64,000 nt of DNA from Nemertoderma westbladi (taxonomy: Eukaryota > Animalia > Xenacoelomorpha), in NCBI GenBank assembly GCA_032718475.1, contig JAUCBJ010004084.1, positions 1 to 64,000 of the forward strand, in the 5' to 3' direction. Shown piece after piece: positions 13,331-24,900 of the stretch. The notes beneath the pieces were generated by a model, which did no database searches, was not told the DNA's origin, and saw nothing but the letters and a program-made list of their open reading frames with translations. The position numbers and the translations under genes are program-made. Position 1 is the stretch's first letter. Every line of letters starts with the position of its first letter.

Positions 13331-14435
13331 GACCCGGATAATTGATTACGACTTTAGTGTGAAAAGGAGCGCTCGGCCGATTGGAGATTTGATTTATGAG
13401 CGAGTCTGGTACCCTGCCAACACGATGTGTGGGAGATGCGGTGTTACTGGACATCATGCGAGTAAGTGTAGTGGTAGACATATCCCAACAACTTAATTGA
13501 TTTGTGGATGGTGTGGAGAACAAGGATCACATACATTTTACACGTTTTAGAGGTTCGTGGCTCAATGTATGTACTGCAATATAAAGGGTCATCGAGCTTC
13601 GGAATGTCAGTTGAGAGACATACCTTATGAGACTGCAAAAGTCGGTAAAGCTCTCACGAAGGTTGTTTGACGAGTGGGAGGATTTTGCAGACGGACATGT
13701 GTCAGCACAGAGACGGAGATTCCCGATGAGAGCTCATCTTGGATTTTGGGCAGTAAATCCTCATACTATGATGTCTGAAGGTTACATCTCTGCTATGCCC
13801 AGTATGATGAATTGATGGAGGTGGTTAACATTTTGCCTCACGATAGTGGATTTCGAGTCGTGCCGGAATATTTCTTGCAGATACATCCAGATAACAAGAA
13901 CACTTGGAACTTCCAGAAAGTGGTCAATCGCATTACCTATGGAGAGTTCGATAGATTCCGGACTGGGCAAAGAAATAAAGGAGCGTGGCTAACTGTAGCT
14001 TGGGCGTATCGAGCTGCTTTCTACCATAGATGGATAAGGTCTAGTATATTCGAGGAAGGGGAGATTTTCGAGGAGACGAATATGCCAGCTACTCCGGTTG
14101 CCTCGTCGACACGTCACCCTCGGGAGGACGGACAACAGAAGATTATAAGGGCTCAGAAGATGGGTCAACAGTTGAAGAAAATAATTAATATCGAGGAGAG
14201 AGGAGGAGTTGACTCGACTATTCTAGTGGCTAGAGATACTGTATCGCTTCCCCGAGAACTGCGAGGAGGATTGGGAGACATACCAGCCGAACCAAAAGGA
14301 GTGCAGGCTCCTCGTGAACCTGAATTACCGGCTTCTAGCGTGTTTCCGGATGTCCTACCAACGGTTGAACCGACTCGTCGGTTACAAGGGATCGGACGAG
14401 GGTTTGTCGGTTCAACGATAAGGAGAGCATGCTAG
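13330..14435 (+). pseudogene. Decayed paralog of the 819-aa exonuclease/zinc-knuckle ORF (C-terminal half only)
   Basis: CGRCGVTGHHASKC, CGWCGEQGSH, CMYCNIKGHRASEC, then WEDFADGHVSAQRRRFPMRAHLGFWAVNPH, aligning to WEANADLHCDSRHRYYPGRAYEGVYAFHPY; stops and frameshifts present. Confidence 0.8.
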
Positions 14436-15380
14436 GAAATAGCCGCACCGCCTTCTAACCTTGGAGGTACTCTAGTGGCTCGCCCCGAGAGTCCTACCTC
14501 ACGTAGATCCAAGATATAAGTCGCTTTCGAGGACCCGGTAGAGCTTAATCTACCAAACGATAAGACCGAGGGTTATAGATGGACGGAAGACTCACGAGCC
14601 TTCCTTATTTGTTGATTTACCCACGAACGTTGTTGTTCTTGATCGATATTTGTATATTAGTTGAAGAGATTAGATCAGAAGGACGAACTCTATAGTCGTC
14701 AAGGGGACACTTATTTAACCTTTATAATTATGAACCCTTTGTAAATAGTTATTTGATATTATTTGGTGAAGGTTATGGAATTATACTTTATGCAATTTCA
14801 ATTATTTGTACGTTTGTTCATTTCGAAACCATTTATATTTTGTAATTTTAAACTTAAAAGTATATTTGTGATTATTTGAATTTATGCAATATTGATATGC
14901 AATAGATTTATATTTGGTAAATTTATATTTGGCGAATTTATATTTGGCGAACTTATTTTGGCGAATTTATTTACTAAATTGCAATACCTAATAGTGTTTG
15001 AATTTAAGTACCTAGATTTATTTTGTAAAATTTTATATTTACTTACAATGATACTAAGCATATTGTAAAGTTCGTATTTGTAATTATTTATGTACCAAGA
15101 AATATTATGTAGTAAGATTTATTGGTATTTAGATTTAAAGTTTGTATTTGTAAATATGTAGGTACGCTCCAAGTATTTGTAATTTTAGATTTATTTGTTT
15201 GTTTGTTTGCGAAAACAGTATATTTTATCCTGTTTTCATGGAGCAGTATGGAATTATATCCCAAATAGTTCCGAAATTTTTGAAATATTTAGTTTAAAAT
15301 TATTAGTACTTTATTTCTACGTAAATCGTTTAAATTGTTCATACATTATTCTAAAGTTATAAATTTCTAAAGTTATTAAT

Positions 15381-17326
15381 CGTGCCGCTGCAACCCACAA
15401 CATCGGGATGGTTTGTCCCTCGCTGCAAACGATAGTATCGAACTGCTATGCAACTCCTTCCAAGTTGTTCATCGGCGGGGAGTACATACTCTAATCAGAG
15501 GGCTTCACACAGGGCGATCCGATAGCGATGCCATCTTACGCGGTCGAATCGATCCCTCTGATCGACGTGGTGGGTGCTGCAGTGGATGTGCTACAGAAGT
15601 GGTTTGCGGACGGCGGCAATGCTGCGGGGACTCTAACGGAACTGCAGAAGTTCTGGGACCTCATCCAGACTCGCGGGCCCTCACATGGCTACTTTCTGAC
15701 AAAGTGCCACCTCCTTGTCAAACCGGAACTGATTTGGGATGCCCATTGTCTGTTTCCAGATGACGGTTTCACCATTGAAGTCAGAGGGAGCCGACTCTTA
15801 GGAGGTGTCATCGGGAACAATGAGTCGCGAGGAATTTGTAAACTCTAAGGTAGCAGAGTTTACTAATCAGGTGGATCTTATCACCAAGATTGCCTTTATG
15901 GATCCACACTGCGCCTACGATGGTCTCACGATTGGGCTAGCAGCTCGGTGGAGGTACATCTCTCATGTGGTACCCGGGTCAACCCAGTTATTCGGTGACC
16001 TTGAAAATGCAGTTAGGAAGTGCCTCAGCGCACTAACTGGTCAGCCATCCATCTAGACAGTGGAGAGGGAGTTGTTCTCTCTACCGGTCCGGTCAGGTCA
16101 GGTGGTCAGGCAGTTCCCCTTCCGAATGACCTGGATGCACAATATGTGAGCTCCAGGAGGTGTGTCAGCCCTTCAATGAACACGATGATCCGGACTCGAT
16201 TTGGGTGGCACAGCACGAGATCATCAAGGCGAGTCGGAGTACTGACACCCTGCAGTTGGAAGCGAAGCTGAATGCGATTCGCGATCAACTCGCGCCGAAC
16301 CAACAAACTCTCCAAGAACTTGTGTCAGAGAAAAGCGCCTCAGCGTGGTTGAACTCACGCCCCATCACCCTGCTCGACACACATCTCAACAAAGAGGAGT
16401 TCAAGGATTCACTCTGTCTTCGCTATGGCTGGTTTACCCCAGTTGCTCCTGGCTCGCTGCGTCTGTGGGACACGATTTTCCGTGAATCATGTCCTGTCGT
16501 GCCCCACTGGCGGTTATCCGTCAATTCGGCACAATGAGATCCGGGATTTCGTTGCATTAACCCTGACCAAGGTCTCCCAGAATGTCTCGATCGAACCCCG
16601 ATTGCAGCCTATCATTGGTGAGCAGTTCGAGAGGCGTTCAACAACAGAGGACCAGGAGGCGCGGTGGGACGTGGCGATGTCTGGGTTTTGGGGATCGAGA
16701 TTCCAGAGAACCTTTTTGGATGTCTCGGTTTTCAATCCTCTCGCTCCGACCAATGCAGCAATGACACTAGAGGGCGCCCATCCCCACAATGAGGCTCGGA
16801 AGCGGGGTCGTTATGAAAAACGCTGGCGACCTTCACGCCACGGATCATGTCTGCTTTCGGGGGAATCTCACCATCCTCGGCGCAGTTCTTCAAACACCTT
16901 GCTGTTCTGTTGGCGGATAAGTGGGAGATCAGCTACGCAGAGTGCGTTACCTGGATCCGACGACACCTGCAGTTTCCTGCTGGTTCGGGCCGCCCACATG
17001 TGCCTGCGCGGGTCAAGGTCATCACGTCACTGGCCAGTTCATAACACTGACCTGGGAGAAATCTCCATCCGGCTCACCAACAACGGGGCAGCCATCGGAG
17101 GCAGTGGGGTGGAATGCAGGGTTGAGCAGCTGTGTGCTGCACACTAATTAACTCTCTTCGCAACGTTGACAGCATTTATTGTCATAAAGTATTCAGCGTC
17201 AAAGCAATCTAAATAGCCATGTCAATTCCGTTCATAACCTTAAAGTTACCGGTAACAAAATTGTTCTATTTGTACTGAAATATATATTTGTAAAACTTAA
17301 TTAATAATAATTAAAAAGGAATAAAA
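15381..17326 (+). mobile_element. 5'-truncated CRE-like non-LTR retrotransposon (RT + restriction-like endonuclease), frameshifted
   Basis: QGDPIAMPSYA, WFADGG, GPSHGY; CVCG..HVLSCPTGG..RHNEIRD..IEPRLQP..RWDV..FLDVSVFNP; flanked by ATTCTAAAGTTATA (15348-15361 / 17327-17340). Confidence 0.85.
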
Positions 17327-17390
17327 ATTCTAAAGTTATATTCAAACTTCTTATTTTCATTGGCATAGTCATATTTTCGTTAATTGTTCA

Positions 17391-18300
17391 AGTGGTTCGG
17401 TAGCTAAAGACATACACCCGTTAGACAGTTGTATAATAGGTCCGAAGTTCAAATCCTAGTTGGTGTGAAGTATTTTTTGTGATTAACTATTCAAATTGAC
17501 CGCTGTAATATATTTGTATCTGTAGTAATTAGCTGGACCAATCTCATCGTAGTTACACACTATTAGCCAATAATGCTGTACTCGTTTGTAAGTTGTTGGG
17601 CCAATGGCATTTTTAAGAATATATCAGAACCTATGGAATTGCGTAGAACCTCGAGAAGCTCGGTAGCATCCCTAATTTCCTATAAAAGGGCGGATGCGTT
17701 TGTCATTATTTGTCTTAAATAATGTCTTAAAAATATGTCTTAAAGTCTTAGTAGTATTATTACACTATCTATTCAGTATTACAGTATTAAAATATTATTA
17801 AATTAACTTTGTGTCTTAGTATTTAAATTGTTACTATCTAATAATATAAATAATATAATGTAACTATATTTAATATATGTAAATAATATACCTCTCGTCT
17901 GTTTTGTAAACTCTGCAGTCTTTCATTATGATCCAATTTGGTGATTAACCGCACTGAAAGAGACACAGATGGCAGGCTGCTAGAGTCCGGGCAGCAGCGA
18001 TAAACGGGAACATCGACAAAATGTAGAGGAGACCACCCACACTTCTTCTAGATTATCATAGACCGCCGCCCCCGCCTAAAGGTAAGATCGCGTTCGACAC
18101 TCTCGCTACTCAAGATATAAGACCTCTGATTTTAGGTAGAATTAGTGTCGTACTGGACGCCAAAACAAATATTAGGGGCCATATTATCTGCTTTGGGCAA
18201 ACCTCGTGGTTATCCTTCGTACTCCTCCAGGTGCGCCATTGGTTCATTTTGGCGGTAATATGGTGTCCATTCATTGTCCCATAGTGTCTGTAGGCCAGTA
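17391..18300 (+). promoter_or_regulatory. LTR-like promoter/leader module, copy 1 (B box, CCAAT boxes, TATA, PBS-like site, splice signals)
   Basis: GTTCAAATCC at 17447, three CCAAT at 17538-17605, TATAAAA at 17681, TGATCCAA at 17929; motif blocks colinear with 23978-24900. Confidence 0.7.
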
Positions 18301-18990
18301 GAGGATCTGCTGTTTTTGCCGAATTGGAGATAAATTGCTCAGGCGGTGCGCAGTTACTGCTACTTGGCGTATAACAAAACAACTTAAGGCTGCAGGGGAT
18401 ACAAACATCTACCGTGTCCACGCCAGAAGTACTGTTAGGTGAATTTGCTGTACCTATCTAGGCAACCAAAATTTTAGATAAGCAATTAGCGACCAGGCTA
18501 GCTATCAGTACACGTACGCCTACAGTAGCAGATAACATTCTTCCTCTTAGTATTAGGGGCCTGGTACATCAGTGTCGAATTGGGCGTAGTATTAACATTT
18601 GTACACCTGATTGAGTCCCGAAAATATACAGGAGAGGAGCCCTACCATTGTGAGTATTAGACTATTAGATTATTTTTTAAATAATAAACTTGCCGGTTTT
18701 ACGCATTTATAATTAATAAGATAACTGTATTTATGTAGGCCTACTATATTAACTTACAGTTTTACTTTCACTTTGTCAATGCTGTAGACTCATTATTTTT
18801 ACCTTTATCTATATCTTTATATACTGTACGTTCTTTGGCGTACCGTACTTTAACAGATACAGTATGTCTTTCTGCTTCCCGAAGGAACAAGGTGCAAATG
18901 CATTTATTTTATTCTGGTGTCAATAATAACATAACATACGGTAACAATACTTATTACACGGTTATCGAGGTATTTTCCTGTATATATTGG

Positions 18991-19239
18991 CCGAGGCCGC
19001 AGCCCGAGGCCGCAGGGCCCGAGGCCGCAGCGCCCGAGGCCGCAGCGCCCGAGGCCGCAGCGCCCGAGGCCGCAGCGCCCGAGGCCGCAGCGCCCGAGGC
19101 CGCAGCGCCCGAGGCCGCAGCGCCCGAGGCCGCAGCGCCCGAGGCCGCAGCGCCCGAGGCCGCAGCGCCCGAGGCCGCAGCACCCGAGGCCGCAGCGCCC
19201 GAGGCCGCAGCGCCCGAGGCCGCAGCTGAGGCCGCAGCC
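18991..19239. repeat. GC-rich 15-bp minisatellite GAGGCCGCAGCGCCC (~16 units)
   Basis: Direct reading. Confidence 0.97.
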
Positions 19240-20065
19240 TGCGGAAGGGTACAATAACCTGGTTTGGCACACTAGAGATAAAATATAAATAATTGCACTA
19301 AAAATAGCTGCAAAAAATGTATTAAATGTTTAATAATTAAAGTACTATTAATTGTAGGCGTATTTAGTGATTTACTTATAATTATTTATAATTTAATTAT
19401 AATTTATCACTAAATTAAAATTCAATACACCATGTCTTCTAGAGCTGGTATGTTGCCTTTATAACTTTTTCATGGAAACTGGACCCCGCCCCTAATATTT
19501 CTACAAATCTTAATGAGATGGCATGAAATTTGAACCACACCAGAGTTAGTTTCACCTCCCTCCTCCTTGCTGTGTGAGTCATAATTTTTATTTTTGCTTT
19601 CAATCTTTAGCCACTGTAGGCCTAAGCGTTTGAAAAAGAAAGGTATTTCTCCATCGATGCAGTTCAAGGACTTTCGTTGATGCAAAACCATGCAACTTTC
19701 GAACGCCCATATCTCAGCTATTTTTGAACGTACATGTCATCCAGGTGTGTTACACATACATTATTTTTAATCCTTGTACGGCCAGCTTTCCATCTGTACC
19801 AACAAATTACTATACAGTAAGGTTGAGGGGGGGTAGTCTGGTCTGGTACACCACATGTTTACGGTGGGCTACATGCCTAATGACAGTTTAATTAAAAGCT
19901 CATGAAACCTTACGTAACCATGACACGATTATGCCTAATGGCTAAAATTCCACAATATAAATTCTTACATTGGAGCAATTGACATACTGTAGGGGTCATG
20001 TTAGATTAGCCTTTGGGTTACATCCCGTGATTCCGACGGCACTCCTACGTCCAACACTTGGCTGG

Positions 20066-21330
20066 TGTACGCGCTTTTGAAGACCTTTAGCAGTTTAACC
20101 TGCCAAAATTTATATGTCTTTTGGTTTACAAATAGACTTTAGAAGTTGACAAATATTTAATACCAATAAACACAACATTAGCAGAAGCCAGCCTAGTGCG
20201 CGTCCATTCACCCGCTGGATATACCCGGGAGACTGGATTCTGAGGGCTTAGATTATTATTGCAGTGTAAGCCTACTGTATTATTCGATTGATCGTTAATA
20301 AATAATTTCTGACTAATATTATTCACTTTCGGGAAATATTAACAGTTCCTTTAGGACGTGGCGCTCTATCTAGGTAAACAGAGATATGACTTATACTAAT
20401 CACAACGGTAAGTCGGTAAGGCTTATGATTCACGTATGAGGCGCATTCTTTAGGAAATGCTTAGTTATCAGTCACAATCATGCACACTACCGGTAACACA
20501 CAATACTGCTCACTAATTTGCCGACCGTCAATGAATTTTATCATATATAAAGAGAACAGCAACGGACTCATGTAGTGCTTATCAAATAGCATTAAATTCA
20601 CTACAAACCACAATAATATAAGTCGCAATCGCTATATATAACCCGTCTCTCTAACCTGTAGTGTATCAAGAAAATTGGGAAATTTGGGTTCTTTATAAAT
20701 GTTCTCCAAATAATATTCAACCAACTAATACAAAATATGACAACAGTAAAAACATTAAGACGGTAGGTTAAGATATGATATGACACGTTATGATATGTGA
20801 TATATGATATGACTGGAATGATAACAGTTATACGCTCTATAATCTTAAGCCTACTAATGTTTCTTCTAAAGTATGAAACGAATTGACTCTAGAGCCGGTG
20901 TTCCTGGCCTAGATAGCAACAACACAACAGTATCAAGAAAAACAGTAAGACTGAACACTCCTAGTATGATCGGCCGAATATCTCCACATCGACAGAAAAA
21001 ATCGCTCTGATTGGCTTAAGCTAAACAAAGAACCATGTGTCCAATGGCCGTTTCCATGTCAGCAACCAGCTGTTAGATGTCGCAATCTGAATCATCAAGG
21101 CCAAGCCGTGTAAAGGTATTTGGTGCATTGCGGGTTTTTTGCCTTACCATGTCCTCCAAAGCACGTATATAGAAGAATGACTTTTATGTCCGTTAAAACA
21201 CCTATAACGGTACCTTGCGGGCGAGGGGAATATATATATAGTTAGAGAGCCTTTTAGAGTATTCCAGCGCCTGGGGGGAAACTGGATTGCGAAGCAAAAG
21301 GGCCAGTTATATCCCACAGAAGCTTTTACA
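20066..21330 (-). repeat. ~1.26-kb LTR-like repeat (family B), uninterrupted copy
   Basis: Reverse complement is colinear with 48005-48859 + 53855-54204 (e.g. CTCCCGGGTATATCCAGCGGGTGAATG, AAGCATTTCCTAAAGAATGCGCC); homology bounded by TGT...ACA. Confidence 0.75.
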
Positions 21331-21408
21331 CCGCTCCCAGAAAATGGGATTTGAGTCTATAAAATATACAAAATCACAGTTTCTAATATACGTAAATACT
21401 CTAAACAG

Positions 21409-23868
21409 TTAGTCTTTCTTGCGCGGACGGCGTTTACGCAGTTTTTTAAAGCTAGCCAGAGTCCTTTTCTCTTTGGGGCGAGCCACTTTACAAGGAGGGC
21501 TATAACTCCTGGGTGAAGGGTGCAATATGATTGCATCAGAGGGTGTAGGATTATGGTCGGTGTATCCGCCAGTCGAAGTACCGGGTTGATTGACATCAAC
21601 GTCAGGGGAGAGGGGTCTAACGGCTTTGAGAGCTCGTTTCAAGACAGCCGCTCTTACGGGTCCTTTACGAGTGGTCTGAACGAGGGCCGTGGGTGGACCA
21701 TAGGCAGTTAGAAACCTCCGGGGTTTAATGGTCCTTTCCAACTCGCGTTCGCGGGCTCGGTATTCGTAAGGCCGTCGATATACTTCCTGTAACTCGGGGT
21801 GTGAGTTAACAAACAAGTCTCCATAGTCCGGATCCTGACGGATATAATTGATTAAGTTATAGGAATGAAGGTCGCTAGGATTAACACTCCTGAGAAATTT
21901 GCGTACGAATTTGGTTGAAATACATTCTCCGACGCGCTTCAGTAGCTCGTAACTTGATATGCGTGATTTCTGTTCAACCGAAGCGAATAGATAAGGATGG
22001 AACGCATAAACTCCTTCGTAAGCGCGTCCGGGATAATAGCGATGGCGCGAATCACAATGTAAATCAGCGTTCGCTTCCCAAGCTCTGATGTAACGTAGTG
22101 TGATCATTTCATCTACGCTTTCCAAATCGTGATTAAAAGGGCAATCGAAACTGGCATGTCCCTTTAGTTGACAATGGTGACATTGAGTCATAAATTGAGG
22201 GCAAACCGCAAAGATATGCAAGTTATTGAGTCTGCAATATGCGCAATAAATTTCCATAGTCGGTTGTTCTTGGAAATAGGAACAGCGGACGTTGGTGTCC
22301 ATGGGCGTATCGTGGTCTCTCGATGCGCATAACCGACAACGTTGCCTAGAAACATAGTTGGCATGTCGATAATCGTACGCAGTGAGACACTGTGGACCTT
22401 GATACCATTCTATGATGTAATCGTTGTCGCTGTTCCGGGGCGCGATAGGCTGAATCTCTTCAGATTCTAGACATATTGGTTCGTCTTCCAAGTGCATAGC
22501 TGAAGTGGGCGCGTCTGTCTCTTCAGGTGGACCTATTGTCTGAATTTCCACGACAGAATAACCTGTGGGGATTCGAGGTCTTTGTATAACAGAGGAGTGC
22601 AAGTTCGATATACAAATCTCTTGGAAAACGGCGAATCCAGCGCTATCCAACTTCTCTGCAGCTGAGTTTCTTAGGCTGAGCTTGGTCAAAGCGCGGTCTT
22701 TAAATTGGCTATCCACGTTGCGGAACGGGGTTAAAAATCGCCGGAAACATTCGAAACGGATGAATTTATTATGTTCATCTAGCTTAGCGAGTTTGGTCCC
22801 AAGTATTAATGGATGGGCGCGTATGGTACGACTGCACACATCGGCTAGCCAACCGGCAAGTGCGGTGTTTTCAAAGATCGTGTATATAGCTAAGGAGGGA
22901 CGGAGTGGAACACTCATGAAGCTATACACGGCGCCAGGTGCGGTCAATGGTCCATCAAAGTATAATCGAGAATAATGGTCTCCGTATACTTGTTGATAGT
23001 TAATGGGATTTCCGACTTTGAAATTCCATCCGTATTCCTGAAAGGCAAGATGTCCGATGGAAGTTCGTTGCACCTTTGTAATGTTGCTAGACGTATTAGC
23101 ATACATGGTGCGGAAGAAACCTCGACCTTCTGCCCAGGGAGCAATCAGCTGAGTATCAACGAAAGGGTATGGAATGTTCTCCATATTCCGAAAGTCGTTT
23201 TGGAGATCTCCATAAACAGCTGAGCCGATTTTAAGGATTCTTTCGTTGAATAACATCTCGAGTACGGGCTGGGGTAACATCGATCCATCGATGCCCATGG
23301 CCGGTTTGCGTTCGGTGTCAATGACGTAACGCTGCGCGAGTTCGAATTGTCCATGTCGGAGATTCTTTTGTGTTTCGGTGAGAGTTTCAAAAGAATAATC
23401 AATCACGTCGGAACACGCTCGAGTAAACACGTGGGTAGAACCAGCTAATCCGCGTATGTGGATCATGCGCGTAGTTCCTAGTTCTCCGACCGGAACGCTA
23501 CCTTCATTATCGTAGGTGACAACTCCATACATCTCAATAACATTAAGAGTTTCATTCCACTCCTTGGTGGCGTTCTCTAGGGTCATCCCTACTGGATGCC
23601 ACAAGGTGGCGCATTGGTTAGCGTCAGGGAGATCACTATACTTCATGTGCCGAGTGGTATACGTCTCCGCATTTCCATATCTTTGTATTTTCTCTTCTTC
23701 AAATAATACATCTAGATTCCAATGGACTAATCGAGTTTTGATAAATCCATCGAGATTATAAGGAGGTTCTATATCTTTCTCGATTCGAGAAATGTTATAT
23801 GGTTTTCTAAATGAGTTTACCTTTACTAACTGATCCAGATGATGAATTATTTCACTATAAGGTAGCAT
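21409..23868 (-). CDS. 819-aa intronless protein: DEDDy 3'-5' exonuclease-like domain + three CCHC zinc knuckles + basic tail
   Basis: ExoI VVTYDNEG (D120/E122), LPQPVLEMLFNERILKIGSAVYGD (D221), FVDTQ, SIGHLA..GWNFK, ExoIII PL..IYTIFE (Y329/E333); knuckles CRLC..H..C, CAYC..H..C, CHHCQLKGHASFDC; tail KKLRKRRPRKK. Confidence 0.8.
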   Translation of the reverse strand: MLPYSEIIHHLDQLVKVNSFRKPYNISRIEKDIEPPYNLDGFIKTRLVHWNLDVLFEEEKIQRYGNAETYTTRHMKYSDLPDANQCATLWHPVGMTLENATKEWNETLNVIEMYGVVTYDNEGSVPVGELGTTRMIHIRGLAGSTHVFTRACSDVIDYSFETLTETQKNLRHGQFELAQRYVIDTERKPAMGIDGSMLPQPVLEMLFNERILKIGSAVYGDLQNDFRNMENIPYPFVDTQLIAPWAEGRGFFRTMYANTSSNITKVQRTSIGHLAFQEYGWNFKVGNPINYQQVYGDHYSRLYFDGPLTAPGAVYSFMSVPLRPSLAIYTIFENTALAGWLADVCSRTIRAHPLILGTKLAKLDEHNKFIRFECFRRFLTPFRNVDSQFKDRALTKLSLRNSAAEKLDSAGFAVFQEICISNLHSSVIQRPRIPTGYSVVEIQTIGPPEETDAPTSAMHLEDEPICLESEEIQPIAPRNSDNDYIIEWYQGPQCLTAYDYRHANYVSRQRCRLCASRDHDTPMDTNVRCSYFQEQPTMEIYCAYCRLNNLHIFAVCPQFMTQCHHCQLKGHASFDCPFNHDLESVDEMITLRYIRAWEANADLHCDSRHRYYPGRAYEGVYAFHPYLFASVEQKSRISSYELLKRVGECISTKFVRKFLRSVNPSDLHSYNLINYIRQDPDYGDLFVNSHPELQEVYRRPYEYRARERELERTIKPRRFLTAYGPPTALVQTTRKGPVRAAVLKRALKAVRPLSPDVDVNQPGTSTGGYTDHNPTPSDAIILHPSPRSYSPPCKVARPKEKRTLASFKKLRKRRPRKKD

Positions 23869-23977
23869 TTGTAGTTTAACTTTAACGTAAAAACTTTCGA
23901 AAATCCGACGTATTTTGATTAAGTTACAGTAATGTAATATGCCTATTCATATTTGTACACATAAAACCCTTAGGCAC

Positions 23978-24052
23978 TCTCGTGGCGTAGTGGTCAGATG
24001 GTTAAGGCGTTGGTTACATTACATAGGTTACGTGTTCGAATCCCAGTCGGGA
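23978..24052 (+). ncRNA. tRNA-derived sequence with intact Pol III A and B boxes (not a canonical tRNA)
   Basis: A box TGGCGTAGTGG at 23983, B box GTTCGAATCC at 24034, TCTCG/CGGGA terminal stem; no clean anticodon arm. Confidence 0.65.
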
Positions 24053-24099
24053 AATTTGTATTTTGGGGCCATTTATTTTCGTTTGGTGCTAATTGGTAG

Positions 24100-24900
24100 G
24101 CCAATGAGAAGCGTACAACGTAGCGAATGATGAGCCAGGCCAATCATAGGGCATAAATTATCTTATTGCTCAAATGTGAGGCAGTGGAAAATTCTGTTAG
24201 GATTCCATGTCCCAGATTAGTGCAAGGGCCGGACTGCGTTGTACGATGAGCTGGGCCAATCATAGGGCACGAAGCACTTCATTGCTCAATTGTGAAGCTG
24301 TGGAAAATTCTGTTTAGTTTCCATGTGCAATTTCTAGTATAAAAGGCCGGTTTGCCTTCGGTTATCACTTCTATCACTCTTTTTAGAACCCTTATGTTAC
24401 ACTCTCTTATTCTTGTAAAAATTAGTTAATTCGGTTTCTTGTTGAAACTTCGTTTTGATAAATCCTTTGTAAAACTGTAAATATACTGCAAATTCCTGAC
24501 ATGTTTTCTTTTGGTCCAACTTCGGGACAGCCGAACATCAGGGAGATGGCAGCCTAGACCGTTAGGCCGTAAGCAACGCAGGGAAGGGATGTCCACAACA
24601 CGCTAGCGCCCACATTGGATCGACCGCGCTCCCCCTTTGCCCCTTCGAAATGCTCAACTTGCTATGCAGCGCCCGCTTTGTGAGAAAGGTAAGACTTTGT
24701 TCGACGCCCTTGCCCGCCGTAAGACCTATAGATCAGGGTAAGCGTGACACCGTACTGGACGCCGCAAATTTAGGATCAAATAATTATATCCAGACAACCC
24801 CCCCCCCCCCCCCCCCTTTGTCAAGTCCTACGAATCCCTGGGTTAACCTGTACTTCCTACAGGTGCGAACTATTGCCATTCGTCAGTACGCGAGTACATA
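24100..24900 (+). promoter_or_regulatory. LTR-like promoter/leader module, copy 2, upstream of BEL/Pao gag-pol
   Basis: CCAAT x3, 82-bp duplication (24129-24210 / 24245-24326), TATAAAA at 24338, PBS-like TGGTCCAAC at 24512, splice donor AAGGTAAG. Confidence 0.75.

Noticed and set aside
18835-19272. PEAAA / RGRSA / GRCGL repeat proteins
   Set aside because: 15-bp tandem repeat open in several frames; no flanking coding context
20066-21330. Non-autonomous deletion derivative of the Copia element
   Set aside because: Matches only DNA outside the Copia TG...CA termini, so it is the insertion target and not part of the Copia
23978-24052. Functional tRNA gene
   Set aside because: A/B boxes present but D and anticodon arms do not form a canonical cloverleaf
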